This document shows, one piece after another, positions 34,847 to 44,256 of a stretch of 56,674 nucleotides of DNA. A program made the translations under genes and the position numbers. The DNA lies in IMG/VR virus record IMGVR_UViG_3300020686_000001, positions 1 through 56,674 of that record. One strand, given 5' to 3'. The notes under the pieces were generated by a model that was given only the letters and a program-made list of their open reading frames with translations, did no database searches and was not told the DNA's origin. The stretch is from a virus. Its lineage: Duplodnaviria > Caudoviricetes. Position 1 is the stretch's first letter; each line of letters starts with the position of its first letter.

Positions 34847-37489
34847 TTAAGCCTGTGATTCTTGCCAAGATAAACGAGCAATGATGGTTGAAGCAGTTGC
34901 TGCGGTATTGAAAGCAACCACATACAAAGTGTCTGGACCATCAGGATATTGACCTGCAAAGCTATTTGACACTGTATTTGTCAATCCACCACCCAAGATA
35001 GCATTACCAATACCTGCTACAGATGTCAAATCTAGCGTTGTTTGACCAGAACTATTGGTAAACGCAGCAGCGATTGACTCACCACCTGTAAATGTTGCTG
35101 TAGTAGCAGTTTGTGATGCAACCTGAACAATAGAACTAGTTACAGTATTGTTTTGGGTAGGAGATTGGAATGCAGTCCAAGTAGCTGTACCTGTTGTGTA
35201 TCCATTCAATACAAGCTGAATCAAGAAAGTTCCTGAAGTTACCACGCCCAATTCACGCAATTGCAATTGAAGGCGGTTAATAACTTCTTTATTTCCTAAT
35301 GTACCAACTTGACCATTGTCAACAGATGGAGCTAAGCGAATTGCCAAAATAGGAACTGCGGTAGTTGCTGGAACTGAAACAGTTGCAGTTGTTCCATAGT
35401 TGTAAATTAATGACACATCGTTTGTAAATCCACCATCCATAATAACGGATGAACCCCAGTGTGAAATAACCGCAACTGAGTCAGGTGGAGCATATTCGAC
35501 TGAAACAGGTGGAATGGCATTGGTTGATGGGAATGCTGCTGTAAATGCAGAAGCTGATCCACCACCTGTAGCGCCACGAGTTACACCTGTAAATTGGTCA
35601 TATGCAAGACCTGAACTACTTGCAAAGTTAATGCCTGTGTAGGTCATGTATTCAATTGCACCATTAGAAGCGCCAGCAGTAACTTTAATAGTTCCACCAT
35701 TTGGATTAAAGCCAGCAGCACTAATAACAGGAATTGTTGTTTGTGAATTTGTAACAGATGAATACAAGCTTGTTACAGCTCCTTGACCATTTGATTCATA
35801 GCGTGATGGCAAGTTTCCTGAGCGCATGTATGCAGCGTATTGAATGTTGTTGTTTTGGAAAGAGTAAACATAAGTAATTGCTCCTCCCTGACCACGAAAA
35901 CCGAATCGTGCCACACCTGCGCCATACCAAGAATAATCGATATACCACATCTGAATCTTGGTTAAATCAAGGTTATATCCTGAAGGACCTGTTCCATCGC
36001 ATGGGTCATACCATGCAGATTGTGGAACTTTGTTATCAATTGTTTTAGAAACCAAAGCATTGGCAATGGTTGCACCACGATATTCGGGGCTAATAAACAT
36101 GCTTGTATCGCTTGCAATACCCATTACACGATAAGATTGACCACGAATAACAATGTAATCACCGGGAGCAATCTGAGTAGTAAATAAAGTACCTGTTCCT
36201 GTAACAGTTCCTGATCCTTGGGTTACGGATACAGTTCCGCTTAACTGATTGGTTGAGTTACGCCATACAGCATATACAGTTTGACCATCAAATTGGAAAA
36301 ATAATCCATTTTGTGCATCAAATAAACCCAATCGATTGCTTGAGCCATACCAGCTATAAGGGCTAACCTTAACAGGCAAACCATTGATAGTTAATGCAGG
36401 GCTTGCTGACGGGGTGACATTGTTATATGTTGTGTAAGTTAATGTTGTAGGGCTAGGAACTGAAGCAATTTTAAATATGCCGTTGTAAGCCGATACAACT
36501 GCGTTTTGAACTTGAATATACGCATTGGTAGTCATGTTATGCGCCCAACGAGTTGTAACAGTCACTGTAGTTCCTGAAGATGTTACAGAGCTGACAAATA
36601 GTTGTGGCTTCATAATTGAGCCAGTGGAGAACTGAATACCTTTACCAGACTGATAACGGAAATAACGACGAGTTTGGCGCATCATCTGTTGATTTGGAAC
36701 AGCAGAGCCAGCAGTAAAGTTTACTGATCCATCATATGCACGAGTTTCTACATATCCTGATGGTCTAGCATAAATAGTAGTTTGGTTAGCAGAGTTAACA
36801 ATTGTTCCTGTTGGAGCGTTTACTACAACAAAAGTAAATGTATTTGCTGTTGGAACAGTTGCTACTACCCAAGAGCCATTAGGTGGATTAGTAGAGGCGG
36901 TAGTGCCAATTACAAAAATTAATGAGCCAGCAGACATGCCATGAGGTGATGTTGTAGTTACTGTACAAGTTGTACCTGTATTAGTAATAGCATTTGCACC
37001 TACTGCAAAACCGCAGTTAGTGTAAAAATTACCTGAATAAACATAAGTAGCTGTTGCGTTATATTGATTTCCTGATGCCACAGCATTTGTGGTTAAAACA
37101 GTAAATGATGTACCGCCTGTAGAAGCAGTTACATACCACCAACCATTGGCGTTTGGATCTAATGCATCCTCAATAAATACAGGAGTTCCAACCGCTACTG
37201 TAGCTGTTGTTGAAACTACAACTGTAGTCGTGCCGTTACCTGTAATTGCAGTAATAGCAAGTGGTGAATTTTGGTTATACCAGCAAGATTGACGATTATT
37301 TTCTAAATCAAGCTGTTCCCATTTAGAAGGCTGTTGACCATATTCAAAGTCAGTATCAATCAATGATTGCGGAGTAGAAACACGCAATTTATCAACTGGA
37401 TCATAGCCTGTTGATAGTTGTGATTTTTGAGTCCGTAACTGGTCTTCAGTTTTGGATGTTGTATTTGTGTAGACGACTAATTGTGACAT
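34847..37489 (-). CDS. Large beta-rich virion structural protein
   Basis: KLRVSTPQSLIDTDFEYG, RQTRRYFRYQSGKG, IDYSWYGAG; repeated T-rich beta modules. Confidence 0.7.
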   Translation of the reverse strand: MSQLVVYTNTTSKTEDQLRTQKSQLSTGYDPVDKLRVSTPQSLIDTDFEYGQQPSKWEQLDLENNRQSCWYNQNSPLAITAITGNGTTTVVVSTTATVAVGTPVFIEDALDPNANGWWYVTASTGGTSFTVLTTNAVASGNQYNATATYVYSGNFYTNCGFAVGANAITNTGTTCTVTTTSPHGMSAGSLIFVIGTTASTNPPNGSWVVATVPTANTFTFVVVNAPTGTIVNSANQTTIYARPSGYVETRAYDGSVNFTAGSAVPNQQMMRQTRRYFRYQSGKGIQFSTGSIMKPQLFVSSVTSSGTTVTVTTRWAHNMTTNAYIQVQNAVVSAYNGIFKIASVPSPTTLTYTTYNNVTPSASPALTINGLPVKVSPYSWYGSSNRLGLFDAQNGLFFQFDGQTVYAVWRNSTNQLSGTVSVTQGSGTVTGTGTLFTTQIAPGDYIVIRGQSYRVMGIASDTSMFISPEYRGATIANALVSKTIDNKVPQSAWYDPCDGTGPSGYNLDLTKIQMWYIDYSWYGAGVARFGFRGQGGAITYVYSFQNNNIQYAAYMRSGNLPSRYESNGQGAVTSLYSSVTNSQTTIPVISAAGFNPNGGTIKVTAGASNGAIEYMTYTGINFASSSGLAYDQFTGVTRGATGGGSASAFTAAFPSTNAIPPVSVEYAPPDSVAVISHWGSSVIMDGGFTNDVSLIYNYGTTATVSVPATTAVPILAIRLAPSVDNGQVGTLGNKEVINRLQLQLRELGVVTSGTFLIQLVLNGYTTGTATWTAFQSPTQNNTVTSSIVQVASQTATTATFTGGESIAAAFTNSSGQTTLDLTSVAGIGNAILGGGLTNTVSNSFAGQYPDGPDTLYVVAFNTAATASTIIARLSWQESQA

Positions 37490-37538
37490 AGCGTTATCCT
37501 AGAAAAAATAGAAATATAAAAGTGAAGCTAGGAACTGC

Positions 37539-37569
37539 AAAAGGTGGGGGATTTCTCCCCCTGCCTTTT
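37539..37569 (-). terminator. Intrinsic terminator-like hairpin
   Basis: GGGGGA-TTTC-TCCCCC flanked by AAAAGG/CCTTTT. Confidence 0.65.
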
Positions 37570-38683
37570 AATAATTACATTTACCGCCTTTTTTCATATG
37601 ATGCTTAGCGTGACCGCCTTTTTTCATAGGATGAGCTTCAATCTTCTCATGACCATGATGATGCTTAGCTACATGCTCATGCATATGGGTAAAACCATGA
37701 TCCCCATGTCCATGAGTCGTGTGATGAGACACATGACCGCCATGAGCATGATGCTTAACATGACCACCTTTTTTGTAACCAGCAGGCTCTTGCTTAATGC
37801 CTTTAATGCCTTTTGGTCGCTGTTTAGGGCTATGAACACCATCGTTCATATCGCTTACAAAACGCTTAGCAACATTGTCAGAAACAGTGCCACCTTTAGC
37901 ATACTTATGAGCATGACCGCCACGCTTGTAACCAACACCTTCAAGGCTACCAGATTTAGTGCTGAAACCTTTAACTTGCTTAGCTCCAACTACTTTATCT
38001 TTCACATTGATTTTTGGTTTCAAAGTCGTTTTTGTTTCAAAAGAATCAATCGCAGCTCCACCATCTTTTAAATGTTTAGCATGCGCTTTGTGGTGCTCGT
38101 GCATCTTTTTGTGATGCGCTGAACCACCTTCTTTATGTTTAGCAGCATGGTGTTTAGCCATATGCTTGTGATGCTCATGCGAACCTTCAGGATGACCAGA
38201 AATATGGTGAACCTTGTGTGCATGACCGCCTTTTTTGTAGCCAGCCAATTCAATATCACCAGTTGTTTTTTTGCGGTCAGGGCGAGTTGCACTGATACCA
38301 CCTAAAAGACCACCGGGAGTATTGTCTTTAGCCATAGCAGCTCTGCCACCACGCTTTAAACCATGATGAGCTTTACCAGCTTTTTCATGCTCATGATGCT
38401 TGAGTTCTTTTTCAAGCATATGAATCTGATGCTCTTCATGACGCTCTTCTTTAGCACTTTCAGCCTTGCCACCACGCTTACGCAAGATTGCAGGAACACC
38501 TGTTGGAGCTACACGCCCACGCATGGCACGACCCATAGGAGCAGCCATAGCCATTGGGTTTCCACCCATAGCCATATGCTTCTTATGAGCGTGACCACCA
38601 CGCTTCATGCCATCGCCTACTTCATCTGCTGATGGTTCGGTTGTGTATTCTTTTGGCTCACGCAAAAACTTTTTAGTTGCCAT
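37568..38683 (-). CDS. His/Lys-rich protein with 13 xxxGG motifs
   Basis: Extreme H/K content; repeated GYK[K/R]GGH.H/K. Confidence 0.75.
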   Translation of the reverse strand: MATKKFLREPKEYTTEPSADEVGDGMKRGGHAHKKHMAMGGNPMAMAAPMGRAMRGRVAPTGVPAILRKRGGKAESAKEERHEEHQIHMLEKELKHHEHEKAGKAHHGLKRGGRAAMAKDNTPGGLLGGISATRPDRKKTTGDIELAGYKKGGHAHKVHHISGHPEGSHEHHKHMAKHHAAKHKEGGSAHHKKMHEHHKAHAKHLKDGGAAIDSFETKTTLKPKINVKDKVVGAKQVKGFSTKSGSLEGVGYKRGGHAHKYAKGGTVSDNVAKRFVSDMNDGVHSPKQRPKGIKGIKQEPAGYKKGGHVKHHAHGGHVSHHTTHGHGDHGFTHMHEHVAKHHHGHEKIEAHPMKKGGHAKHHMKKGGKCNY

Positions 38684-38697
38684 GATTTATTCCCCTA

Positions 38698-39732
38698 TTA
38701 GGATTGAGTTGTGCCGATTGCGCCAGCCAAAGTAGCATTTGGACCAACTGCAATTGCTGGCAACAAAATACCCATTACTAGGCGATAAGTTCCGTTTGCA
38801 TTGCTTGATGGAGCATATGTACCACGAACATCACCTGTAGTAGATGATGAGTTACCTTGAACTGCTGCTACAAAAGTACCTGCGTCTTGAGCCAATGTTT
38901 GCGCCCATTTAACTGAACCAATATAAGCAACATCAGTTACACGAACAGGCAATCCGTAGATATTTGAAATACCGAATGAAACAGTATTTGTATTGCTTAC
39001 GCTAGGTGTAATTGAAACGATTTGCTTAAATGCTTTTTTACCATTGGTGGTAGTAGAAGCAGTTGTTGGAACGCTAACAGCCTCAGTCATTGATTGACCA
39101 TAAATGTCAAAACCTGAGATGGTCATCACAGTTGCTGTAATTGCAGAGCCACTGGTTGTGAAAGATACTGTACGAGGTGTATCCAACTGATAAACAGTTG
39201 TGCCTGCGATGTTAGTAGTCTTAATTACACCAGTACCTGAACCAACAGATAATGTTACTGCTGTACTTGCTGTAGTTGCTTGTGCAGCGCCTAGAGCTGT
39301 TGTAGATGGAGCAGCAGGGGCAACATCAAATACATAAATACGACCCAAAGGACCAACGCCTTGACCCATTGGGCTTGGCATTGCTTGGATTGCAGTGTTA
39401 TAAGTTAAAGATACAGTTGGAAGCGTACCGCCACCACTTGCACTTGTTAAAACTGCAGTGTTTAAAGTTCCCAAAGGAGGGGAAGTGTATAAACCTGCGT
39501 TAGTAATAGATAAACCAGTTACAGCACCGCTAGATACTGTGGTTACAGTTAAAACTACAGGAGTGCCTGTACCGCCTAGAACCTGAAGTGTATCGCCTAC
39601 AGCAAAACCTGTAGAACTAGCACCAGAAACAAGGGTAACAGCATTTGCTGAAGTACCATAGGAAGCAAGCGAACCTGTTCCCATATTTGCTTGGGCTGCG
39701 CCCAAATATAAGTCATCACCGAATTGTGGCAT
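38698..39732 (-). CDS. Capsid-associated structural protein
   Basis: Directly after MCP; GVGPLGR.Y, G.D.YGQ.MTE, GKKAFK, TTGDVRGTY. Confidence 0.7.
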   Translation of the reverse strand: MPQFGDDLYLGAAQANMGTGSLASYGTSANAVTLVSGASSTGFAVGDTLQVLGGTGTPVVLTVTTVSSGAVTGLSITNAGLYTSPPLGTLNTAVLTSASGGGTLPTVSLTYNTAIQAMPSPMGQGVGPLGRIYVFDVAPAAPSTTALGAAQATTASTAVTLSVGSGTGVIKTTNIAGTTVYQLDTPRTVSFTTSGSAITATVMTISGFDIYGQSMTEAVSVPTTASTTTNGKKAFKQIVSITPSVSNTNTVSFGISNIYGLPVRVTDVAYIGSVKWAQTLAQDAGTFVAAVQGNSSSTTGDVRGTYAPSSNANGTYRLVMGILLPAIAVGPNATLAGAIGTTQS

Positions 39733-39765
39733 TTTGTCTTCTCCATGAAAAGTCTGACAAATGAA

Positions 39766-39788
39766 GTGGGGAGTTAAGGTCTCCCCAC
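39766..39788 (-). terminator. Hairpin downstream of the major capsid gene
   Basis: GTGGGGAG-7nt-CTCCCCAC. Confidence 0.65.
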
Positions 39789-39803
39789 ATAACCTTTATT
39801 ACA

Positions 39804-40718
39804 TTAAGCTCCCGGTGTGCCGTACATGGCACGAGGATCAGTCCAACCCACCTGATAACGCTCAGTGGCTTTGTAGCGCATAGAGTCAGTCTCGAAGTCG
39901 CCTTCCATAGTCTTCTCTAATGCACGACGCATTAACAACTTCATACCTTCTGGGGCATCAGTTTGAATCCACCAGTTAGTGGCAGAAGTCAAACGAGAAA
40001 TTACAGATGCGCCTTCAGGCAACAAACCAATGGATTTCACTGGGTTGATGTCGTTGTTGGCTGTACCAGTACGCAATACGCTCTTTAGCAATACTTCAGC
40101 TTGGAACACATTGCCCGGTGCTACTACCAATTTCAATGGTTGCAGACGGATTTTCTTACCATTGTTGTCAACTGCTTGACGAACTTGGATAAGCATCTGT
40201 TCCAAAGAAGTTTGGCTCAATGCTGCTGCTGTTGCCAATTGGTTACTAAAAGTGCCGTTAGCAATTGGGTGAGCTGTGTTGATTAAAGAAACGCCATCAC
40301 CACCAACATAAGAACTGTTAAATGCACGATTCAGCACATTGGCACATAGCAATTCTTTGGTTTCCACCAAGGATTGAGCTAAGTGCTTCGCATATACCTG
40401 ACCCAAGCGGATATGGTCACCATCTTCAACCAATACTTTGGTCAAAGCGAATGCCAATCCAAATACTTGGTAGACATAGCGTTGCAAGAACAGCACACCA
40501 CCCTGTTGATAAGTTACAGGAGAGCCATCAGGTAACTGAGGGGCTGCACCGAAACCATACAATACAGGTTCTTCGTGGTAGTTGCGTGGGATACCAGCAG
40601 ATTCATGGAACACTGTGCTCCATTCGTCAGCTCGTTGGTCATAAACTCCGTCAAATGATTCGTTGAGAATAGGCTCAACAATTGAACGGAAGTCCGTACT
40701 TCTCATTGGGGCTGCCAT
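39804..40718 (-). CDS. Major capsid protein (BPP-1/Mu gpT-like, HK97 fold)
   Basis: GFG.AP..P.G..V.Y, TKE...ANVLN.AF, GDG.SL....HP, DFET...RYKA.ERY..GW.DPR. Confidence 0.88.
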   Translation of the reverse strand: MAAPMRSTDFRSIVEPILNESFDGVYDQRADEWSTVFHESAGIPRNYHEEPVLYGFGAAPQLPDGSPVTYQQGGVLFLQRYVYQVFGLAFALTKVLVEDGDHIRLGQVYAKHLAQSLVETKELLCANVLNRAFNSSYVGGDGVSLINTAHPIANGTFSNQLATAAALSQTSLEQMLIQVRQAVDNNGKKIRLQPLKLVVAPGNVFQAEVLLKSVLRTGTANNDINPVKSIGLLPEGASVISRLTSATNWWIQTDAPEGMKLLMRRALEKTMEGDFETDSMRYKATERYQVGWTDPRAMYGTPGA

Positions 40719-40735
40719 ATTATATTGCTCCTATA

Positions 40736-41368
40736 TTAAACGATTGCTGGGAATTGACCATAGAACTGTGTACCACTCAACTGTACTCGTACAATTGTGT
40801 AAGCATCACCCCATGCGTTGTCCACATTCTGACATAAGTCAACGACACGCATTTGTCCTTGGTTACCATTGGATACCGCAGTGGCTGAACCCAAAGTGGC
40901 AGCAGACAAGCCAGTTGTGGTTGAACCTGCTGTGATGTTAGTGAACAGATATTCACCACCAACCGAGGTTGCAGGCATAGAACCATCAGCTTGGATTTCA
41001 TAAACGATGTTTAGGTCGTTGTAGAAGTAAGCATTGGTTGTAGAGCCTGATAAAGTAGTAGTAGAAGCGGGCCAATAGTTCGACACACGACGACGACCAG
41101 TAGTATCGGTAAATTCAACGCCTTGGAAAGAACCAGTAACTGTGTACTGACCTGTCAAAGTTGTTGCAGCGTTACTAGCTGGTGCTTGTGATGGAACGAT
41201 AGTGCCGTTTGTACCACTGTTTGCAGATTGTCCATAAGAGACAGGTTGTCCCTTAAGGATGTTTGAGCCGTATCCCGAAGGGATTCCGTTAGCCAAAACC
41301 TGCGCTCTTTCCAAGCCAGTTGGGAAGAAGGCAGGGCGTAGACCAAACGGAGCTGATGTTGAAGACAT
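40736..41368 (-). CDS. Capsid decoration/minor head protein
   Basis: APFGLRP start; G.F.GVE.TD..G; YEIQADG; precedes MCP. Confidence 0.65.
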   Translation of the reverse strand: MSSTSAPFGLRPAFFPTGLERAQVLANGIPSGYGSNILKGQPVSYGQSANSGTNGTIVPSQAPASNAATTLTGQYTVTGSFQGVEFTDTTGRRRVSNYWPASTTTLSGSTTNAYFYNDLNIVYEIQADGSMPATSVGGEYLFTNITAGSTTTGLSAATLGSATAVSNGNQGQMRVVDLCQNVDNAWGDAYTIVRVQLSGTQFYGQFPAIV

Positions 41369-41395
41369 AGTAACTCCTTATATTATGGAAAACCC

Positions 41396-41932
41396 TTAGT
41401 TAAAGGTTGGGGCTTCCCGTGTTAGGTCAAAATTCATGCCGTCACCTTCAATTCCACCCAATGCTCTTCCATTACTATCTCGTGCATTTAAGAGTTGTTC
41501 TTGCTGTACTTTGATCTTTTCTTGCTCATCCATAGGGGCATAATGGTGAACTTCAGCCATATAGTCCTGATAGATTTCAATAGGGAGCTTGTAGAGCACC
41601 ATCTCATTAACTGCAACTAAGCCTTCCATTTCACCAGCTTTTACTCTGTAGTTCTCAAAGCCGGGTACTTCCTCAGCTTTCACAGGTATATAGCCAATGC
41701 GTAGGCGTTTGTGAATGGGGTCATATTGGTTGGTTGTTGATAACCAGCACAAGTGGTAGCCCGGAATATCCGGAGCTGTCGGAAGTGATTCTTGGAGAAA
41801 TTCCGAACGGAACATCCTACGACGCTCCTGTGATGAAACCATATGTTCTTCAGGCGCTTTGCGTTGTGCGTCATCTTCTGCACGACTTTCACGACCTGCG
41901 TTAGTATTCTTTTTTAATCTGCTATCGTTCAT
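41396..41932 (-). CDS. Conserved head-module protein
   Basis: LP..P.IPGYHLCWLST, RL.IGY.PV, MVLYKLP. Confidence 0.7.
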   Translation of the reverse strand: MNDSRLKKNTNAGRESRAEDDAQRKAPEEHMVSSQERRRMFRSEFLQESLPTAPDIPGYHLCWLSTTNQYDPIHKRLRIGYIPVKAEEVPGFENYRVKAGEMEGLVAVNEMVLYKLPIEIYQDYMAEVHHYAPMDEQEKIKVQQEQLLNARDSNGRALGGIEGDGMNFDLTREAPTFN

Positions 41933-41934
41933 AA

Positions 41935-42930
41935 TCAATTCCTTCCTTTGTTTTCTCTGTCCCACGCACGAAAATTGTTAATCATCTTCATTTTTCGCAC
42001 TGGATCATCCCAAGCTCCTGCCTCTTTAATGGCAGCAACTCTATCAGGGCTTAATACATAAGCACCTGTTTTAGCTGTTGCAGTAGATTCTCTACCTGAA
42101 CTTGTCACTACAGACCTCGGTCTTTGATTACGAACACTAGGCTCATTATATCCACGATTTGCTTTTTGTGGTATATATTTTTCGAGTCGGTCATCGAGTT
42201 CATCCCAATAATCTTGAGTTGATGGATCGTAACCTTCCTCGGTTAATTTCTTGTCAATTTTCTGAGCAATTTCAGAATCTAGGTCTTTCCCATGTGGGTC
42301 ATACCATTTATTCTGCTCCATCCAATCAGCAGCAAGTTTCTGAACCATAGGATCAGGAACATCGATGTTTTGTTTAGGAGGCTGGGAAGCTTGTTTAGTG
42401 GCTTGAACTTTAAGGTTTTGCAATGCTTCTTGCTTACGCTTGGCTTCGTACCACATCTCTTGGGCTTTAGTTAAGCTCATGCCATCGTTTGATTCTACAG
42501 CTTCCTGCATCTTCATCTTGGCATACTCAACTTGAACGCCTGCATCTTCAATGGCTTTATTGACTTGAGCCAGCTCAGATCCTGATGTTTTCTTCTCAAT
42601 AACAGCAAGACGCTCAGCAAGAGCTTCATTCTGTTTGCGAAGAGCGGTAATCAGGTGGTTTGATTCACGAGCCTTTTCACGATGGAGTTGCTTTTTAAGC
42701 TTTCTCTCTTCACGACGAGCTTCACGAATCTTTTCACGCTCAGGATCTACTTCTTCTCCTTTTGCAGGTTCATCATCAAAATCATCGTTTCCACGAAAAT
42801 CTGATTCGGGTTTACCCTTATTTTCTTCAGGAGCATCATCAATGATGATTTCCCCTTCAGGCAATTCAACAACAGCAGAACCATCTTGCTCTTCGTTGAC
42901 TTGCATTTCCATCTTATCACTTGGTGTCAT
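41935..42930 (-). CDS. Capsid scaffolding protein (putative)
   Basis: Acidic N-terminus, long coiled coil, W...N.WY, GYDP...YW.ELD.RL; position. Confidence 0.65.
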   Translation of the reverse strand: MTPSDKMEMQVNEEQDGSAVVELPEGEIIIDDAPEENKGKPESDFRGNDDFDDEPAKGEEVDPEREKIREARREERKLKKQLHREKARESNHLITALRKQNEALAERLAVIEKKTSGSELAQVNKAIEDAGVQVEYAKMKMQEAVESNDGMSLTKAQEMWYEAKRKQEALQNLKVQATKQASQPPKQNIDVPDPMVQKLAADWMEQNKWYDPHGKDLDSEIAQKIDKKLTEEGYDPSTQDYWDELDDRLEKYIPQKANRGYNEPSVRNQRPRSVVTSSGRESTATAKTGAYVLSPDRVAAIKEAGAWDDPVRKMKMINNFRAWDRENKGRN

Positions 42931-42949
42931 ACAGTTTTCCTTTCAAAAC

Positions 42950-43438
42950 TTATAAAAATGCTTTAATTTCACGAGGGTCACCCGTGACTTTGCCAATAAG
43001 TTCATGGTCATTAAAGAAGGTAAAGAGCGACTTGCCTTTTGCCCCGTTATCATCTTTAAAGTCAATCTCCCATCGGTCACCGCCCCATTTAGGAACACGA
43101 ACAAAATCTCCTACTTGCGCCCATGCACCTTCGGGCCAAGCTTCCATCGTGTCACGCTTTCTAAATGCCAATGGTCCAATGGCAATCACTTTGCCAATCA
43201 TGGTGTTCCATTTCTCGGTTTCTTTTACTTCTTCAGGAATGTAAATCCCTGCTGTTGTAACCTTCTCTTTGACAGCTCTCAATTGAACAAGAACTCTCGC
43301 TCCATACGGAGACATTAGAGGGTCAACATTTGGAAAAGCTTCTTCCAAAGTCTGTTCGACATCAAAAATCTTTGGGTCTACAGGCTCTGATGCATCTTTA
43401 AAAATCTGAGCAACAATGTCATTTCTCGACATTTTCAT
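42950..43438 (-). CDS. groES: GroES/Cpn10-like co-chaperonin
   Basis: P.G.RVLV....KEK.T.AGI.IP...E.....GKVIAIGP...VGD.V...K.GG......HELIG. Confidence 0.8.
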   Translation of the reverse strand: MKMSRNDIVAQIFKDASEPVDPKIFDVEQTLEEAFPNVDPLMSPYGARVLVQLRAVKEKVTTAGIYIPEEVKETEKWNTMIGKVIAIGPLAFRKRDTMEAWPEGAWAQVGDFVRVPKWGGDRWEIDFKDDNGAKGKSLFTFFNDHELIGKVTGDPREIKAFL

Positions 43439-43607
43439 CCTCTTCTAACAGGTTATTAATAATGTTTAAAGCTTCTTGCAAGCCTTGGTGCTGTCCAACA
43501 TATCTTTGGTAACTTTCAAAATTTGCAAATCTTCCGTTAACCATTGAATCAACAATTTCTTGTTGTTTTAGTTTGACAGCGTGAATCAAGCCGTTAACTA
43601 GATCCAT
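43419..43607 (-). CDS. Conserved small head-module protein
   Basis: G...NFESYQ.YVG..QGL..A. Confidence 0.7.
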   Translation of the reverse strand: MDLVNGLIHAVKLKQQEIVDSMVNGRFANFESYQRYVGQHQGLQEALNIINNLLEEDENVEK

Positions 43608-43966
43608 TAACGACCTCTGGCTGAAGGCTTCTTCCCTACTGCTATTGCAATCATCAAACCTTGTTTCTTAGCTCCACCACCTTTTTTCATTGTGGCAATG
43701 CTATGAGGAACAGGTTTAGTGATTTTTGGTGTTACACCCTTAGCAGGAAGCTTTGCAATTCCCTTCTCAGGATGAGCGCCAATCTTGTTGACATTCTTTT
43801 GATGAGTAATTTCATCAGGCTGACCTGAATCGCTACCATCAATAGAGTCATTCTTTACACCGCCACCTTTGGCGTACTTCTTAATCTTTCCACCTTTTTT
43901 AAAGTGGTTTGCTTCGCCTTCGCCATACATGGCAATGCGCTTTTGCATTCTGATTGCTTCGGACAT
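43607..43966 (-). CDS. Basic protein with three xxKGG motifs
   Basis: FKKGG, YAKGG, MKKGG; AAGGAG RBS. Confidence 0.7.
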   Translation of the reverse strand: MSEAIRMQKRIAMYGEGEANHFKKGGKIKKYAKGGGVKNDSIDGSDSGQPDEITHQKNVNKIGAHPEKGIAKLPAKGVTPKITKPVPHSIATMKKGGGAKKQGLMIAIAVGKKPSARGR

Positions 43967-43977
43967 GAGGTTCTCCT

Positions 43978-44256
43978 TTAGAATCCGTGTTTGTGTTTAC
44001 CAGTTTTACCGCCTTTGAAGCCATGCCAATCTTTTTCAATCTTGCCACCCTTCTTCCTACCAACTACACTGCGAATGCCACGCTCAATATCTGACTGCAT
44101 ACCTTCACCCTTGGCAATCTTGTCTAAGTTTTTACGGGCTTGCTCATTCTGAGCCTCTGTACCCATAACCTTATCTTTTAAATCTTTGGCTTGGCTAGAA
44201 ATAAAGTTTCCAGCTCTGCCTAACATGCTTTCTTGGTTTTCTACTTCATTAGGCAT
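43978..44256 (-). CDS. Small basic protein with KKGG motif
   Basis: Start MPNEVENQ after AAGGAG; RKKGG. Confidence 0.65.
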   Translation of the reverse strand: MPNEVENQESMLGRAGNFISSQAKDLKDKVMGTEAQNEQARKNLDKIAKGEGMQSDIERGIRSVVGRKKGGKIEKDWHGFKGGKTGKHKHGF

